Position numbers and translations under genes: made by a program. From Marsupella aquatica (Eukaryota > Plantae > Marchantiophyta): DNA of 64,000 bases. Shown in pieces: positions 61,627 to 64,000 of this stretch (positions are counted from its first letter, which is position 1; each line of letters starts with the position of its first letter). The stretch spans positions 5,170,944-5,234,943 of the forward strand of contig OZ316894.1 in assembly GCA_973895155.1 (NCBI GenBank), read 5' to 3'. Below the pieces are notes generated by a model, which saw nothing but the letters and a program-made list of their open reading frames with translations, was not told the DNA's origin and did no database searches.

Positions 61627-64000
61627 CTCTACTGCGACCATAGTTAAGTTATATAGATCTACGCAATTTTAGTTAAATATTTAAAGTAGTCAGAAAAGTC
61701 TCATACTTTTCCAGGAGATAGCCCTTACCTAGTAGAACCTACCCTGAAAATATCAACTCAAACCGACCTGTGGTTTGAAAGTTTAAAAATATTTTAGTTT
61801 TGTTGTTTTCTGCTTAGGCGCGAATACGCGCATGCGCCTATACTCTTATGCGCGCATGTGCCTAGCACTTAGAAAATTTTTCGGTTTCGTTTTCTGTAAC
61901 ATTTTTAACACTTTTACCTATTTTATTGAGACACTTAGGCACCTCATAAAAGTCTCATATTTTTCCAGCATAAAGAATATACATCAGAGACCACTTCAGC
62001 AAAGTCTCACCTTTTTATGACTTTTAGTTTAGAAATTAAAATTTAGATAAAACCCCTATTCATTAGTTTTACCACACATTCCCTTTTACAATAGTTAACC
62101 CCTAAAATATCTTTTAGTTAGTTTTTCATTCCAGGAACATTCCACTGAACCATAAGTACTCCTGTAGTACACTTTTGTTACTTTTACTTTTACCCATGAC
62201 CCTTGAGATAAGAAAGGGCATGTCCTTTCATTATCTTTTTCCCTTTTGGTTCCTCCTAGCCTATAGATAGTAGTTCTCATGTCATTTCTTGTGTGAAGAA
62301 ATTTCATGAGCGCTCAGTTGCAAGTCTGCAACTTTGTTACCTCCATTTGTAGCAAGCACTCTATGTTGTTGATGAGTACTTAATACAAATGATTTCTTCC
62401 CCTTCCTTGTGTTTGAATGTTGAAATTTCAGACTAGAGAAGTAAAACTTTGTGATTGATGAATCTTTTGAATGTGTGGAGATAGATTCCTTAATTGGTGA
62501 AGGCTATACATTCTTGAGTTCTTGATGCATATGTTTTTGGCATAACATTGCTTGTGCATGAGGTGCAAAGAATGTTATCACCCAATTACCTATGACTTTA
62601 AGTTGTTGATGATGGTACTTGATATTTGTGACTCAAAGTACCGATTGAATGCTGAAGCGATTGGTTGTTAATCCTAACTTAGTACCTCGGAAGGAAAGGT
62701 TGAGATGTGTAGACGGCACCCTAACAACCATCCCAATAAAGTATTCCATTCCAGAAATGTTCTTACAAGTTCAATACCTTAAATCATCTCAAATTAAGTT
62801 ATGTTGAGAAGTTACCTTGGTATTTTCCAGACTCCCTCACCATACCTCAAGATTTTCGTTGTGTTTTATTAATTGTTTCCATGCATTTGTTAATTTTATT
62901 TTTAATGTTAAGCAAACATTCAAAACTATGCCTTGCTGAGCAACCATAGTAAAAGGCTCACCTTTGTGTTTTGTTACTTAAGTCATTCAAAAGTGCTAAA
63001 TCATAGAAAATCATTCCTTACATGTTCTTCCATGGGAACGAATATCGAGTTTTGGATCTTAAATGTTTATTTATGTCCCTAGTGTGATACTACAGACATC
63101 GATTTCGCACGTAGAATCAAGGCAGATGAAGGAAATTGATGTAATATTTGGGTAGAGCTGATAAACACACCTCGCAAATTCAAAATTTTTGTCACCCACA
63201 AATTTTGCTGCTTACCAGCACGAGAATTGAGCCAGAGATAAATGTGGAATTCTGTAGATCAATTGAACCACTCCTACCCCATGAGCAGGTACTCGCATTT
63301 GAAAAGTTAAACATTGGAGAGTGACCAAAATTGTCACAACCTGACTTCTTGCCTAGGCATTACCAAAGCACCTAATGCTAATGCCAGTTGCTTTGGATAA
63401 AATCCTGATTGCTTTGGATCCAGAGTGCGCTGGTGAAGGGAGAGGGGATGGGAGACTGCACCATCCACTCGGGCATTCACTCGTTGCGGAGATTGTACTT
63501 TATTCTATTTCAACATCATCTGCGTTAGCTCGTCTACCGCTGCATGAAATTGCGAACATGCAATTCAGGACCTAGGAGTTTGGAAAAGGAGAGACAACTC
63601 AAAATGATCTTCACTATCAGCTATGTATTGGTACTGTGATTGCCGTCATAGCTTCTTTCAGTAGAAATGTGCAAGCATTTAGAGTGATAAGATAAGGGCA
63701 GTGTTGTACGTCGTGGCACAAAGTAGGCGACCATTGATTGACCATAAACTTAGACTGCCACAAATGGACTCAATCTAGGGTGAAAGGAAGACCCTCTCCA
63801 TTTGTATCTCATCTGAGCACTGGTGGCTACAGAAATTGGGAAACATGTCCACCTATCCTCGTCAACGTTGTATGCAAGGACTCGACTGCTAGAGTCCACC
63901 CTAAAAAAATGTAATTACTATCTCCCACAGGTTGACCAAATATATTGCCCACTTTCAGATCAGCGGGAGGGCCCCGAGCCAACTGCACCCAATCGTATAG

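Larger units (their letters stand above)
58786..63094 (+). mobile_element. Family C' unit (diverged, ORF-bearing relative of C), interrupted by a C insertion; left end unresolved
   Basis: 61450-63094 aligns block by block with 58930-60823 and ends in the same tactaca terminus. Confidence 0.65.

Noticed and set aside
63095-64000. Possible gene at the window end
   Set aside because: No long ORF or recognisable motif on either strand.

Overview
Eukaryotic, TE-dense land-plant DNA. An alpha/beta-hydrolase NLR suggests a bryophyte, probably a liverwort (inference). The only convincing host gene is an apparently intact 5-exon hydrolase-NB-ARC-LRR (HNL) gene on the minus strand (41728-47447). Its downstream flank plus a PIF/Harbinger transposon is duplicated (840-15567 vs 30105-40075). 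Comparing the two copies resolves many insertions exactly: a 5'-truncated LINE, halves of two different Copia elements, a CACTA, and several TG...CA units with 5-bp target-site duplications that look like very large solo LTRs (family A 3475 bp; B 4.7-4.8 kb; C about 2.0 kb, with a diverged relative C'). The most unusual signal is that these units carry their own ORFs (B: a reconstructable ~1211-codon ORF with synonymous-biased divergence) and/or family-specific palindrome arrays, and have no gag/pol. One B unit has mismatched flanks and appears to mark a recombination-mediated deletion. The right end holds NLR-flank relics, a Gypsy pol fragment and a 161-bp tandem repeat. All alignments were done by eye; no database searches were run.
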